59,599 nt of DNA from Aquifex aeolicus (GTDB lineage: Bacteria; Aquificota; Aquificia; Aquificales; Aquificaceae), in NCBI GenBank assembly GCA_015662815.1, contig DQTK01000016.1, positions 1-59,599 of the forward strand, given 5' to 3'. A program made the translations under genes and the position numbers. Shown piece by piece: positions 1-13,549 of this stretch. The notes beneath the pieces are model-generated. The model saw nothing but the letters and a program-made list of their open reading frames with translations. It had not been told where the DNA came from and made no database searches. Positions within the stretch are counted from its first letter, which is position 1. Each line of letters opens with the position of its first letter.

Positions 1-1
1 A

Positions 2-508
2 AGGAAGCCTCATCTTACGAGATTTGAACTCATGGTACTCCACAAAATGCCAAAATCTGGAATGTTTCTCAGTGAGCTTTTCAAAGAATTTGATGAGTTG
101 ATGAAAGAAGAAGTTCACCTTGCGGTGGAAAAACTCCAAGCACGCGGATTCCTTGACGTACTTCCAAACGAAGGACTGGTTCTCACAAAAGCGGGAGAAC
201 TATTAAAAGAAGCTGTATCTTCTATACCCGAAGGCCTTGGAAATCCGATAAATCCTTTTATGTTTAGAATAGTGAAGGCTATAGCGAAAGTAGGTAGTTT
301 CTATGTAAAAGAAGAAAAGGTAAGAATATTACCTAAACAGTTTGAGGAAGTAGAGAAAATGACGGGACTGGATCATGAAACCTTCATAAATGAATTATCC
401 TTACTCAGGCTCATAGGTATACTGGGACAGAACTCACTCCACAAATCCGGATTATCCCTTCTGAAAGCGGTTGAAGAAATACAGAAGGAAGCAATAAAAG
501 AAGTTTAA
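2..508 (+). CDS. C-terminal part of a conserved hypothetical protein, probably DUF505 family (5' end outside the window)
   Basis: Frame is open from nt 2 (RKPHLTRFEL-M...). It has repeated winged-helix-like segments (LQARGFLDV...LTKAG) and the motif GNPINP...YVKEEKVRILPK that I recall from DUF505 proteins of hyperthermophiles. Confidence 0.5.
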   Translation, partial: RKPHLTRFELMVLHKMPKSGMFLSELFKEFDELMKEEVHLAVEKLQARGFLDVLPNEGLVLTKAGELLKEAVSSIPEGLGNPINPFMFRIVKAIAKVGSFYVKEEKVRILPKQFEEVEKMTGLDHETFINELSLLRLIGILGQNSLHKSGLSLLKAVEEIQKEAIKEV

Positions 509-540
509 GCCTTTTCTTTTTCTCTTTTTTTTCTTTTTTA
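509..540 (+). terminator. Hairpin-less pyrimidine/oligo-T tract directly after a stop codon, candidate terminator
   Basis: gccttttctttttctctttttttctttttta follows the TAA at 508, and no stem is visible. Confidence 0.4.
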
Positions 541-547
541 AATTTCC

Positions 548-1084
548 TTAAGGAGGTGTACAATTCTCACCTATAAAATCACCGACCAAAAAACTTATAG
601 AAGCTTTCACTTCTTTAGAATTTCCTGAATATATTTCCTTAACGGTTATATAAATTTGGACAGTGTAAACCGCGGAAGTGTTCATAAGATTTACTAGATT
701 CCCATTCAGTTCAGGGTTTCCAACAGATACGGTAATAGTTTATTGAGTGTTAGGGTTTATTGTACTGGTTAGAAACTTTTCCGTTGGTTCTAGAGGAATT
801 GCATTTTGAGACACGGGAGAATAAACTATTCTAAGCTTTTCTACTTTAACAGGAGAGGGTGATATATTTGCAGGTAAGTTAGGGTTAGGTATTACATTAA
901 TGGTTAAATTAACCTGTACGGGATATATTGAGAAGACATCACAAATACCATCATCATTTGCGTCTTTTTTAACTATATCCGCTTGGATTTCTAACTGATC
1001 TACAGATGCGTAGACTATAACGCTGTCAAGTTCCCCTTCAGTACTTCCTCCTCCGCAGGATATATTAAAATAACTATTCCTCAT
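548..1084 (-). pseudogene. Disrupted beta-rich lipoprotein (in-frame stop and degraded signal peptide)
   Basis: The frame of ORF 740..1099 continues past TAA (740-742) for 63 codons (TITVSVGNPELNG...ISFLVGDFIGENCTPP) to TAA at 548-550. A lipobox-like ISC-GGGS sits at the N-terminus, but the hydrophobic GIVILI lies in a shifted frame. Confidence 0.7.
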
Positions 1085-1910
1085 GAAGCCGGTAATCAAG
1101 TTTTCCGAATTATATGAAGTTAAGAAACTCCTTAGGAAGACCAGGCTTCATACTGTATGTGAAGAATCCAGATGTCCCAACATATCGGAATGTTTTGGTA
1201 ATAAAACGGCTACCTTTATGATTTTGGGAACTCATTGTACACGCCGATGTGCATTTTGTAATGTGGAAAAGGGATTTCCACAAAGGGTAGACCCAGAAGA
1301 ACCCTATAGACTCCTTGAAGCTGTGAAAGTCTTGGGATTAAAGTATGTTGTAATAACTTCTGTAACGAGGGATGATCTTCCTGATGGAGGAGCTAAACAT
1401 TTTGCTGAATGTATAAGAGTTCTGAAAGAGAATATTCCCGACATAAAGGTAGAAGTTTTAATTCCTGACTTCAGGGGAAATAGAAACTCCCTTGAGACGG
1501 TTTTGGCTCAAAAGCCGATAGTGCTTAATCACAATGTTGAAACTGTTCCGAGGTTATATCCTACAGTAAGAATAGGAGCTGACTACAGGAGAAGCTTGGA
1601 AATTTTAAAATGGAGCAAAGAAATAGACAGGGGTATTTATACGAAATCCGCAATAATTGTAGGGTTTGGGGAGAAGAAAGAAGAAATAATTAAAACTATA
1701 GAAGACTTGAGAGAGGTTGATTGTGATTTCCTTGTAATAGGGCAGTATTATCAGCCTTCCCTCAAATATCATCCCGTAGTTAAGTACTACACCGAAGAGG
1801 AATTTAAAGAATTAGAAGAAGTAGCCTATGGCTTGGGTTTTAAATTTGTAGTGAGTAAAGCAAATGCAAGAAGTTCCTACAAGGCATTTGAAAGTCTGCT
1901 CAGCACATAA
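1083..1910 (+). CDS. lipA: Lipoyl synthase
   Basis: [12 protein letters not shown] (CX4CX5C) and radical [11 protein letters not shown] motifs, [11 protein letters not shown]-terminal RSSY. Confidence 0.97.
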   Translation: MKPVIKFSELYEVKKLLRKTRLHTVCEESRCPNISECFGNKTATFMILGTHCTRRCAFCNVEKGFPQRVDPEEPYRLLEAVKVLGLKYVVITSVTRDDLPDGGAKHFAECIRVLKENIPDIKVEVLIPDFRGNRNSLETVLAQKPIVLNHNVETVPRLYPTVRIGADYRRSLEILKWSKEIDRGIYTKSAIIVGFGEKKEEIIKTIEDLREVDCDFLVIGQYYQPSLKYHPVVKYYTEEEFKELEEVAYGLGFKFVVSKANARSSYKAFESLLST

Positions 1911-2329
1911 CTTTCAAGAGAATAAAACCTTTTTTCTTCTTCTCCTCCTTTTTCGTGGTCGTAACCCAGAAGGTGGATTATACCGTGCACGAGGAGTCTT
2001 CTAACCTCCTCTTCTAAAGTGTGTCCGAATTCTTTCGCTTGTCTTTCCGCGGTATCTTGAGAGATTACTATATCTCCGAGTATTTTATAGCCGTTAAAAA
2101 TTTCATTAATAGGAAAGGAGAGAACATCTGTAGGGCTATCTTTGCCACGATAAACCTTGTTTAACTCTTGGATTTCTGAATCATCCGTTATGTAAATAGA
2201 AAGTTCGACACCTTTAAGGCCCAGGGAGGAAAGAGCCTCTTGAGCCCATTCCTCAAGAACTCTCTTCATTATCTTCCTCTTTTTGAGTTTTACCAGAACT
2301 CTGTTCTCCGAATTTCTCATACTGTTCAT
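1877..2329 (-). CDS. ybeY: rRNA maturation endoribonuclease YbeY
   Basis: PTDVLSF, GDIVIS and [11 protein letters not shown] metal motif. Start placed at MNSMRN. Confidence 0.95.
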   Translation of the reverse strand: MNSMRNSENRVLVKLKKRKIMKRVLEEWAQEALSSLGLKGVELSIYITDDSEIQELNKVYRGKDSPTDVLSFPINEIFNGYKILGDIVISQDTAERQAKEFGHTLEEEVRRLLVHGIIHLLGYDHEKGGEEEKRFYSLESYVLSRLSNAL

Positions 2330-3299
2330 ACGCATTAATAATCTTAGCAACTATAGGATGTCTTACAACATCACCTTGTTTAAAGAAGATGAACTCTATA
2401 CCTTCAATTTCCCGAAGAACCTCAATAGCTTCAAGCAATCCCGATTCCTTTTTCTTGGGAAGGTCTATTTGGGTTACATCTCCCGTAATTACAGCTTTGG
2501 AACCAAAACCTATTCTTGTGAGGAACATTTTCATCTGGTCCCGTGTAGCATTTTGGGCTTCATCAAGTATAATAAAAGCGTCATTGAGAGTTCTTCCTCT
2601 CATAAAAGCGAGCGGGGCAATTTCTATAATATTCCTCTCAAGCATATAGTTCGCTTTGTCGTAATCAACCATATCGTAAAGGGCATCGTATAAAGGCGTA
2701 AGATATGGATGAACTTTTTCCGCTATTGTACCGGGTAGAAATCCCAACTTTTCACCTGCTTCTACAGCTGGCCTTGTAAGAATTATCTTATTGACCCTTC
2801 CTTCCTTCAAATGTTGAAGAGCCATAGCCATAGCAAGATACGTTTTTCCTGTTCCTGCAGGACCTATACCGAAAACTATGTCATTTTTCTTTATAGCTTC
2901 AATGTATTTCCTCTGGGTTTCTGTTTTAGGAACTATAGCTTTCTTTCTATGGGTTATCAAGATAACTTCTTCTTCTAACTCTCTTTCCTCTTTACCCTGC
3001 TCGCTTTCAATCTGATAAGCTTCTATACTCTTTAAAAACTGCTTTGCATATTCTTTGACATCTCCTGCAGTAAGTCTTTCATGCTGAAGACGTTTCAAAA
3101 CGGCGTTTAAAAAGTTAATAAAATTTCTTACTTTCTCTTCTTCTCCTTTAATGATTAATTCAGTTCCTCTGGGAACTATCTTTACATCGAAGAATTTTGT
3201 GAAAAACTTTACATTTTCGTCTCCTCTTCCTACTATGGCGTAGAATCTTTCATCGTATTTACCTAAATCAACTCTTTCTTCTACCAAAACTTTTTCCAT
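2253..3299 (-). CDS. phoH: PhoH-family ATPase (YbeZ-like)
   Basis: GPAGTGKT, RPAVEAGEKLGFLPG, LAFMRGRT, DEAQN, VVRHP; sits next to ybeY. Confidence 0.95.
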   Translation of the reverse strand: MEKVLVEERVDLGKYDERFYAIVGRGDENVKFFTKFFDVKIVPRGTELIIKGEEEKVRNFINFLNAVLKRLQHERLTAGDVKEYAKQFLKSIEAYQIESEQGKEERELEEEVILITHRKKAIVPKTETQRKYIEAIKKNDIVFGIGPAGTGKTYLAMAMALQHLKEGRVNKIILTRPAVEAGEKLGFLPGTIAEKVHPYLTPLYDALYDMVDYDKANYMLERNIIEIAPLAFMRGRTLNDAFIILDEAQNATRDQMKMFLTRIGFGSKAVITGDVTQIDLPKKKESGLLEAIEVLREIEGIEFIFFKQGDVVRHPIVAKIINAYEQYEKFGEQSSGKTQKEEDNEESS

Positions 3300-3378
3300 G
3301 TATATTAATTTAGTTTAAAATGTGTTAAAAATTCATTTATAATATCCCTTTTGCTAAAAATCCCACGGAGGTGAAGGA

Positions 3379-4446
3379 TTGACAGTTCTTCAGAAGATAG
3401 CAAAGGAAGTTTATGAGGAGACTAAGGTAAGACTTCACGCGAGAAATGTTGAAAGAGTAATTCAAGCTCTTTTAAAAACCAGAGACTTTTGGAAAGTTGT
3501 AGATTATTCAGATTTGCCTGTGCCCGCAGCTTCTGGAATTATTAAGCGTCTTTTAAATGAAGGTTATGTATTTATAGACGAAAACGAAAATATTCTTCTT
3601 ACCCAAAAGGGCCTCGACTTGGTAAAAGAACTTGGTATTGAAAGTTTTGAAGATTACAGTTGTTCAGCATGTGAAGGCAGGGGTATTCCCTTCTACGGTG
3701 ATAAAGAACTTTACAGAACTTTTATTGAAATAGCAAAAGACAGACCTACTCCCGTTCAGCAATATGACCAAGGAAGCGTTACACCGGAAACAACTATATC
3801 TAGAGTTCTTTTCCTCGATAGCAGAGGAGACCTAAGAGGTAAAGAAATTATCGTAATGGGTGCGGAAGATGATTTGACCGGGCTTGCCATAGCTTTAACA
3901 AAAAAAGCCAAGAGGGTTGTAATTATAGATATAGATGAAAGACTTATAGACTTTGACAATAGGATAATAAAGGAGCTGGGGATAGACAACGCAGAGGCTA
4001 TGGTATGGGATTTAAGAAATCCTTACACTGAAGACTTCTTAGGGAAGTTTGATGTATTTATCACCGACCCTCCTGAAACGTTTGCGGCATTTAGAGCGTT
4101 TATAGGAAGAGGAATAGCTACACTTAAAGATGCCGGCTGTGTAGGATACTTCGGACTTACCCTCAGGGATAGTTCTATATTTAGATGGAAAGAGTTTCAA
4201 GAAACACTTATAAATGAATACGGTGTGGTTATTACGGACATTATTCAGGACTTTAACCACTATATGAACTGGGAGTATCATCCTGAAACACGAGCCGCTC
4301 AAATAGCTCCTGTGAAGAAAAATCCTACCGATATATGGTACAGATCTGCTTGGTATAGAATAGAGACGCTTCCCGGATTCAAGATTTGGAATGAACCCAT
4401 ATCCGACGAGGTATTCTACCTTGACGAAGAAGGCTCTACTACTTAG
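3379..4446 (+). CDS. bpsA: Branched-chain polyamine synthase (N4-bis(aminopropyl)spermidine synthase, DUF43)
   Basis: YDQG, GDLRGK, GAEDDLTG, DIDERL and TDPPET motifs; N-terminal wHTH and CSACEGRG. TTG start with a GGAGG SD. Confidence 0.88.
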   Translation: MTVLQKIAKEVYEETKVRLHARNVERVIQALLKTRDFWKVVDYSDLPVPAASGIIKRLLNEGYVFIDENENILLTQKGLDLVKELGIESFEDYSCSACEGRGIPFYGDKELYRTFIEIAKDRPTPVQQYDQGSVTPETTISRVLFLDSRGDLRGKEIIVMGAEDDLTGLAIALTKKAKRVVIIDIDERLIDFDNRIIKELGIDNAEAMVWDLRNPYTEDFLGKFDVFITDPPETFAAFRAFIGRGIATLKDAGCVGYFGLTLRDSSIFRWKEFQETLINEYGVVITDIIQDFNHYMNWEYHPETRAAQIAPVKKNPTDIWYRSAWYRIETLPGFKIWNEPISDEVFYLDEEGSTT

Positions 4447-4996
4447 TTGCTTTTTTTTAACACTCTTTTCCTTTCCTTTTTCAACATATAGATGGAATAT
4501 TCCCCCGGAACCCGATTTATTTGATAAGGAAGAAGTGTTAAATTTAGAACATATAGAAAAGAAAATTCCCGGAATTTATAAGGAAATTTTGCAGAATCTA
4601 AAAACTCCGGATGAAGCCAGACCCAGCATTTGGCCCGTGGTAGGAGTTGTTACTTCAGATTTCGGTTGGAGGAGAAAAAGGAGATATAAAGAGTTTCATG
4701 CTGGAATAGATATAGCTGCTCCTACGGGAACACCCATAGTAGCCACGGCGGATGGAATAGTTATTTTTAGTGGATATGTAAGGGGATATGGGTACGTAGT
4801 AATTATATATCATGGCTACGGATATACTACTGTTTACGCACACATGTCCGGAATGGAAGTGAGTGCAGGAGAAATAGTTGCAAAAGGAAAGGTAATAGGA
4901 TACGTAGGAAGAACAGGAAGAGCTACCGGTCCCCACTTACATTATGAAGTTTTAAAGTACGGAATAAGACAAAATCCTATACTCTATCTGCCTTAA
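4391..4996 (+). CDS. M23 family peptidoglycan endopeptidase (NlpD-like)
   Basis: HAGIDIA (HxxxD), YAHM and TGPHLHYEV motifs; N-terminal hydrophobic anchor. Confidence 0.92.
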   Translation: MNPYPTRYSTLTKKALLLSCFFLTLFSFPFSTYRWNIPPEPDLFDKEEVLNLEHIEKKIPGIYKEILQNLKTPDEARPSIWPVVGVVTSDFGWRRKRRYKEFHAGIDIAAPTGTPIVATADGIVIFSGYVRGYGYVVIIYHGYGYTTVYAHMSGMEVSAGEIVAKGKVIGYVGRTGRATGPHLHYEVLKYGIRQNPILYLP

Positions 4997-5544
4997 GCTA
5001 ATCCTCTCTTCTTTAATTCGTCTTCATATATCCTTCTCCAAAGGATATTCCACTCCGGACTGCCTTCAAGTATATCCCCCGAATACTTTTTAATCCTCCT
5101 TCTTACTTCCCTTTCTATTTCCTCTTCTATCTTCAATGCGCCAAGGACTATCTCTCTTATCCTCCTTCTTATTACCGGAGGGTCCTCGTAAATTTCTATA
5201 CTTTCATCTTCCATTATTAAGTTCATAATCCTATTAATTATCTGATTTAATCTTTCTCTTTTATCAATATTAATATCCATTTCTTCCGCTAACTTCCTCT
5301 TTACTGCCAAAAATGCAGTTCTATAGTCTATATTTTCCTTTTCAAGGATATCTAAATTTTGTTTTAAAACCTCTTTCGCTCTTTCTTCAAGTTTTTTTTC
5401 CTCTTCGGTCGCTTCTCTAAATATTCTTATTATCTTTTTCTTAAATATTAATGGGTCCTCAAGTTCCAAAATTTTTTCTTTATTAGCGAGTTCTTCTACT
5501 ATAGATTCTCCTATGGCTTCTATTAACCTATCAGGCAACCTCAT
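4993..5544 (-). CDS. DUF507 family protein
   Basis: Helical protein with an MRL start and a C-terminal GSPEWNILWRRIYEDELKKRGL typical of DUF507. Confidence 0.7.
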   Translation of the reverse strand: MRLPDRLIEAIGESIVEELANKEKILELEDPLIFKKKIIRIFREATEEEKKLEERAKEVLKQNLDILEKENIDYRTAFLAVKRKLAEEMDINIDKRERLNQIINRIMNLIMEDESIEIYEDPPVIRRRIREIVLGALKIEEEIEREVRRRIKKYSGDILEGSPEWNILWRRIYEDELKKRGLA

Positions 5545-5569
5545 TATAGAACATTATACACATATTTTT

Positions 5570-6286
5570 CTACAGAAAACTTTCCAGTAAATTCTTTACC
5601 TCTTCTGTATATTCTCCGTTTTTTTCATTAATTATCAAAGGTTTATCACATTCCAAAGGACCCTTTAAATTTTTTATTGAAGTAATTATAGATAATTTTG
5701 CTCTTTTTTCTATTGTAGGGTATATAAAACTTAGAAATCTTGCAGGTAAATTATTTTTATCTAAAAGATTAAAAGCTTCATAGAGTCTAAAACAGGGAAT
5801 TAGTATATTTAAATACCCACCGTCTCTTAGTAAATATGCGCTTGCCTTTAAAAAATCCTTTAAAGTTCCCCAAACTTCAAAATGATAAGGATTTAATTTG
5901 GATGTATAGTTCAAAGGATAAAAAGGAGGATTAGTTACTATAACATCACAAAATTGTTTCGGAAAAAGGTTTTGTATTTTTTTAACGTCTCCCTTTACAA
6001 TTTCTATTAAATCATTAAGTTTATTTAAATGGATATTTTCCTCAAGGAGTTTTATCATCTTTTCATCAATTTCAACCGCTATTACTTTCACCCTGTATTT
6101 TTTTGCTATAACTATGGATAGAAAACCGAAGCCTGCTCCCAGATCTACAACTAATGATTTCCTTTTTATGCCTCTTATTTTGGAAAGGAATAAAACGAGA
6201 TCGATGGAAACTTTATGGCTTTGGGGTTGATAAAGAAATATTTTTCCCCTGAAGAAGGGAAAAGGATTTTTATCTATACTTTTCAA
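5570..6286 (-). CDS. Class I SAM methyltransferase, tRNA1(Val) m6A37 TrmN6/YfiC-like
   Basis: VDLGAGFG SAM motif, NPPFY motif IV, and a SIDLV motif in the expected position. Confidence 0.75.
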   Translation of the reverse strand: MKSIDKNPFPFFRGKIFLYQPQSHKVSIDLVLFLSKIRGIKRKSLVVDLGAGFGFLSIVIAKKYRVKVIAVEIDEKMIKLLEENIHLNKLNDLIEIVKGDVKKIQNLFPKQFCDVIVTNPPFYPLNYTSKLNPYHFEVWGTLKDFLKASAYLLRDGGYLNILIPCFRLYEAFNLLDKNNLPARFLSFIYPTIEKRAKLSIITSIKNLKGPLECDKPLIINEKNGEYTEEVKNLLESFL

Positions 6287-6668
6287 TTAAATCTAGTAAT
6301 GTCCTTGCTTTTTCTGCAGCTTTTTCCCACTCTTTTATTTCTTCCATAGTTTCCGCAGTAGCTTGTTTCTTGATGGCGTTTTCAAATTCTTCTTTTAGTT
6401 TCGATTCGGGAGGAAGCTTACCAAGCTCGTAACCCTCTTCGGTGAGAATTAAAACCTTTTTAGGAGTTACGTCTAAAATCCCGTAGGTAACAACTACTCC
6501 GTTTTTATCGTCACCGTTAAAGTACACCAGCCCGGGCTTTAGAAGGGTCATTAAAAACATGTGATTTTCAAGAATTCCTACTTCTCCTTCAACCGTGGGA
6601 ACATTTATACTTTCAACTTCTCCTGCATAAAGCAATCCCCGTGGAGAAACTATTTCTACCTGTATCAT
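6270..6668 (-). CDS. atpC: F1Fo ATP synthase epsilon subunit
   Basis: VEIVSP...EGEVGILENH N-terminal beta-sandwich followed by a helical C-terminus. Confidence 0.93.
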   Translation of the reverse strand: MIQVEIVSPRGLLYAGEVESINVPTVEGEVGILENHMFLMTLLKPGLVYFNGDDKNGVVVTYGILDVTPKKVLILTEEGYELGKLPPESKLKEEFENAIKKQATAETMEEIKEWEKAAEKARTLLDLIEKYR

Positions 6669-6674
6669 ACTTGA

Positions 6675-9973
<3,299 letters not shown>

Positions 9974-9987
<14 letters not shown>

Positions 9988-11110
9988 ACTTATAGGAAGC
10001 TTAGAATACGCTAAATACCGCTATCCCCCAAATCACCCTTTGAAAATTCCCAGAGTTTCCTTACTTCTCAGGTTTCTAGAAGCTATGGAACTAATATCCG
10101 AAGATGAGATTATAAGAAGCAGGCAGGCCTCTATGGAAGAGCTCCTTCTCTTTCACAATAAGGATTATATAAAAACGCTTATAGAAGCGGGAAAATGTCA
10201 GTGTGTTCCTAATGGTGCAAGGGAAAAATGCAACATAGGAAGCTATGAAAACCCGGTATCTTACGCTATGTTCACAGGGTCTTCCCTGGCAACAGGTTCT
10301 ACTATTCAAGCTGTAGAGGAATTTTTAAAGGGAAACGTGGTTTTCAATCCTGCCGGCGGAATGCACCACGCATTTAGAAATAGAGCCAACGGTTTTTGTT
10401 ATATAAATGACCCGGCTGTAGGGATTGAATACCTTAGGAAGAAAGGTTTTAAAAAGATTCTATATATAGACCTTGATGCCCATCACTGTGACGGAGTTCA
10501 AGAGGCCTTTTACGAAACTGATGAAATTTTTGTTCTTTCATTACACCAATCTCCTAAATACGCTTTTCCCTTTAGAAAGGGATATCTTGAAGAAATAGGT
10601 AAGGGTAAAGGTAAAGGGTTTAATTTAAATATCCCCCTTCCCAAAGGTGTAAATGATGATGAATTTCTATACGCACTTGAAAATGCTCTTAACATAGTAA
10701 ATGAGATTATAGAGCCTGAGGTATACCTTCTACAGCTCGGTACAGACCCGTTGCTGGAAGATTACCTTTCTAAATTTAATCTGTCAAATGTCGGATTTCT
10801 GAGAGCATTTAACATGGTAAGGGACTATTTTGGAGAAGGGATATACTTAGGAGGAGGAGGGTATCACCCGTACGCTCTTGCAAGGGCATGGGCTCTCATT
10901 TGGTGTGAAATTTCTAAAAGGGAACCTATAGATAATCTTACAAATGAAGCAAAAAAACTATTCCACAGCATAGACTTTGAAGAATTTGATGATGATGTAG
11001 ATAGAAGTTATATGTTTGAAAGCCTCAAAGATTCCTATAGAGGTGGAGAAATAAGAAAGGAAGTCAAAGATATTATCGAAAAAGCAAAAGCTTTAATCTT
11101 GAACGCTTAA
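9974..11110 (+). CDS. acuC: Histone deacetylase-like protein (HDLP/AcuC)
   Basis: HPLKIPR, GGMHHA, GFCYIND, DLDAHHCDGVQ and GGGGY motifs; close to A. aeolicus HDLP as recalled. Confidence 0.94.
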
Positions 11111-11329
11111 AGTAAAACGTTTTTTCTCCAAAATCAACTCCTCTATTTTTAAAATCCTCCCTATCTTTTTTTACTTTAGTCTCCTGAGCCTAAAAAAAAG
11201 TAGACAATTTGAAAGAGAACAGGATAAAGCAATAAAGAATAGAGCTAAAAAGAAACAAAGAGTTATACTGGTTTGGCGAGGTTTGTATATTTTGGTTAAA
11301 TTCCCTGTTGTAAACTCTAACTCCTCTAA
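11093..11329 (-). pseudogene. Possible remnant of a small single-TM membrane protein gene
   Basis: A 79-codon frame with one internal TAA (11171-11173): LEELEF...LCFFLALFFIALSCSLSNCLLFFRLRRLK*KKIGRILKIEELILEKK...; no start codon. Confidence 0.3.
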
Positions 11330-11351
11330 TTATTAAACAGGCTCTTTTTTG

Positions 11352-11380
11352 TTGCATTTCAAATGTATATGTAAGATAAT
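11352..11380 (+). promoter_or_regulatory. Sigma70-type promoter with an overlapping inverted repeat
   Basis: TTGCAT-N17-GATAAT; the inverted repeat CATTT-C-AAATG overlaps the -35; AAGGAGG SD downstream. Confidence 0.5.
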
Positions 11381-11419
11381 TAAGTATTTGCGAAAGTAGG
11401 AGCCTAAGGAGGTAATGGA

Positions 11420-11896
11420 ATGAAATTCACCGAAGGAAAGGTGAAAGTTATTGCAAATGATGTAAAAAACTTAACACAAGCTCTTGAAGGATACATTCAA
11501 AAGGCCTTTTTTGAAGGAAAAGATATTTGTGCAAGTGGTGGGCTGGTTCTTAAAACTACTAACAAATTACAGGAGAAAATAAAAGAGCTTAAGGAAATAC
11601 TTTCGAACGTAAAGAACTTATCTGAAGAAGTTAAAAAGAGGGCTGAGGAGATTTTGAATAAGGCTGAAGAAGTTCTTGCAAAAGGACTTGAAATCAAGAA
11701 GAGGGTTAAAGAGTTCGAAGCGGCTACAAACATTTATAAGAAAAATCCCTCTGAAGAGAATAAGAAAAGAGTTGAAACAGCTATCAATAACCTCAAATAT
11801 CCCGAGAATGCAAAATTAACTCTGGAAGATTTTATAAAGAGTTGTAATCCTTACAAAAAATACCTCAAAAAGAGGGTAGGGGAAGTAGTAAGCTAA
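11420..11896 (+). CDS. Hypothetical helical/coiled-coil protein
   Basis: 158-aa ORF with a strong SD, its own promoter and a Lys/Glu-rich helical composition. Confidence 0.85.
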   Translation: MKFTEGKVKVIANDVKNLTQALEGYIQKAFFEGKDICASGGLVLKTTNKLQEKIKELKEILSNVKNLSEEVKKRAEEILNKAEEVLAKGLEIKKRVKEFEAATNIYKKNPSEENKKRVETAINNLKYPENAKLTLEDFIKSCNPYKKYLKKRVGEVVS

Positions 11897-11961
11897 TCTT
11901 CCTTTCTTTTCTTGTTGACTTTTCTTATTTGAGAATTATTTTCAATCCCATGGAGGCTAAA

Positions 11962-13524
11962 ATGGGAGAGAAAGTATACATTTTTGATACTACCCTGAGG
12001 GATGGAGAACAAGCTCCCGGATTTTCTATGACTACAGAGGAAAAACTGCAAATGGCCCATCAACTTGCGAAATTAAACGTTGATATTATAGAAGCAGGAT
12101 TTGCTGCTGCATCAAAAGGAGACTTTGAAGCCGTAAGAAGAATAGCTCAAGAGGTAAAGGGACCTGTTATTTGTTCCCTTGCAAGAGCTCTTGAGAGTGA
12201 TATTGAGATTGCAGCAAAGGCACTTGAACCTACAGAAAGAAAAAGAATCCATACATTTATAGCTACATCTCCCATTCACATGGAATATAAACTTAAGATG
12301 AAACCAGACCAAGTTCTCGAGAGAATAAAAAAAGCGGTTTCTTTTGCCAGGAATTTTACCGATGATGTAGAGTTTTCTTGTGAAGATGCTACGAGAAGCG
12401 AAAGGGATTTCCTTTACAGAGCTATAGAAACTGCTATAAAGCACGGAGCAACAGTTATAAATATTCCCGATACCGTTGGATACGCTATCCCTGAAGAATT
12501 CGGCCAATTAATTGAAGATATTATGAATAACGTTCCCAATATAGATAAGGTTATCCTGAGTGTTCATTGCCACGACGACTTGGGGTTGGCAACTGCAAAT
12601 TCCCTTACAGCTGTAAAACACGGAGCAAGACAGGTTGAATGCACTATAAATGGTATAGGTGAAAGAGCAGGAAATGCCTCTCTTGAAGAAGTTGTAATGG
12701 CCCTGAAGGTAAGAAAAGACTTTTTTGAAGATGTATATACAGATGTAAATACAAAGGAAATTTATAAAACTTCAAGATTGCTTTGTAGAATCACGGGAAA
12801 CTTCGTTCAACCAAACAAGGCTATTGTGGGAGATAACGCTTTTGCCCATGAGAGCGGAATACATCAACACGGGGTACTCAGTCATAGAATGACCTACGAA
12901 ATAATGAATCCCGAAGATGTCGGATTCCCTATGAGCAGAATAGTTCTCGGAAAACACAGCGGAAGACATGCTTTAAAGAAGAGACTCGAAGAACTCGGTT
13001 TTAAATTTACGAAGGAAGAACTCGATAGTGTTTTTGAAAAGTTTAAAGAGCTGGCAGACAGGAAGAAAGAAGTCTACGATGAAGACATTGAAGCCCTGAT
13101 TTATCAGGAATTTATGAAAATAGATGACCAAGAACCTGTAAAGGTTTTACATTTCCAAGTTCAAAGCGGAGACAATATGATACCTACATCTACGGTGAAA
13201 CTCGCCTTTAAAGGAGTTGAAAAAGAAGCTACGTCAACGGGAAATGGTCCTGTTGATGCAACTATTAAGGCTATTCAAAAAGCTCTTGGATTGGAACCGA
13301 AACTGCTTGACTACTCTATAAAAGCTTTAACTCCTAATACAGATGCCCAAGCGGAGGCAAGGGTTGTTTTAGAACTTGATGGGGTAAAAGCATCAGGAAG
13401 AGGGGTAGACACTGATATAATCAAGGCAAGTGTAAAAGCCTTTACCGACGCGCTCAACAGAGCCATAGTGAGAAAAGAGTACATACTTCAAAGACAAGAG
13501 GTTAGAGAAGAAGGTACAGTTTAA
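11962..13524 (+). CDS. leuA: 2-isopropylmalate synthase
   Basis: [20 protein letters not shown] and HESGIHQHG motifs plus regulatory-domain GNGPVDA. GGAGG SD before ATG 11962. Confidence 0.96.
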   Translation: MGEKVYIFDTTLRDGEQAPGFSMTTEEKLQMAHQLAKLNVDIIEAGFAAASKGDFEAVRRIAQEVKGPVICSLARALESDIEIAAKALEPTERKRIHTFIATSPIHMEYKLKMKPDQVLERIKKAVSFARNFTDDVEFSCEDATRSERDFLYRAIETAIKHGATVINIPDTVGYAIPEEFGQLIEDIMNNVPNIDKVILSVHCHDDLGLATANSLTAVKHGARQVECTINGIGERAGNASLEEVVMALKVRKDFFEDVYTDVNTKEIYKTSRLLCRITGNFVQPNKAIVGDNAFAHESGIHQHGVLSHRMTYEIMNPEDVGFPMSRIVLGKHSGRHALKKRLEELGFKFTKEELDSVFEKFKELADRKKEVYDEDIEALIYQEFMKIDDQEPVKVLHFQVQSGDNMIPTSTVKLAFKGVEKEATSTGNGPVDATIKAIQKALGLEPKLLDYSIKALTPNTDAQAEARVVLELDGVKASGRGVDTDIIKASVKAFTDALNRAIVRKEYILQRQEVREEGTV

Positions 13525-13535
13525 TGTTGCTTAAA

Positions 13536-13549
13536 CTGATATTTATCAG
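13536..13549. promoter_or_regulatory. Palindrome CTGAT-N4-ATCAG, an FNR/CRP-family-like box upstream of the dsbC-like gene
   Basis: CTGATA-TT-TATCAG inverted repeat; an extended -10 (TGaTAAGAT) lies at 13612-13620. Confidence 0.35.

Noticed and set aside
11273-11290. Sigma54 promoter at TTGGCG
   Set aside because: No GC at the -12 position (GG-N10-GC is not satisfied).
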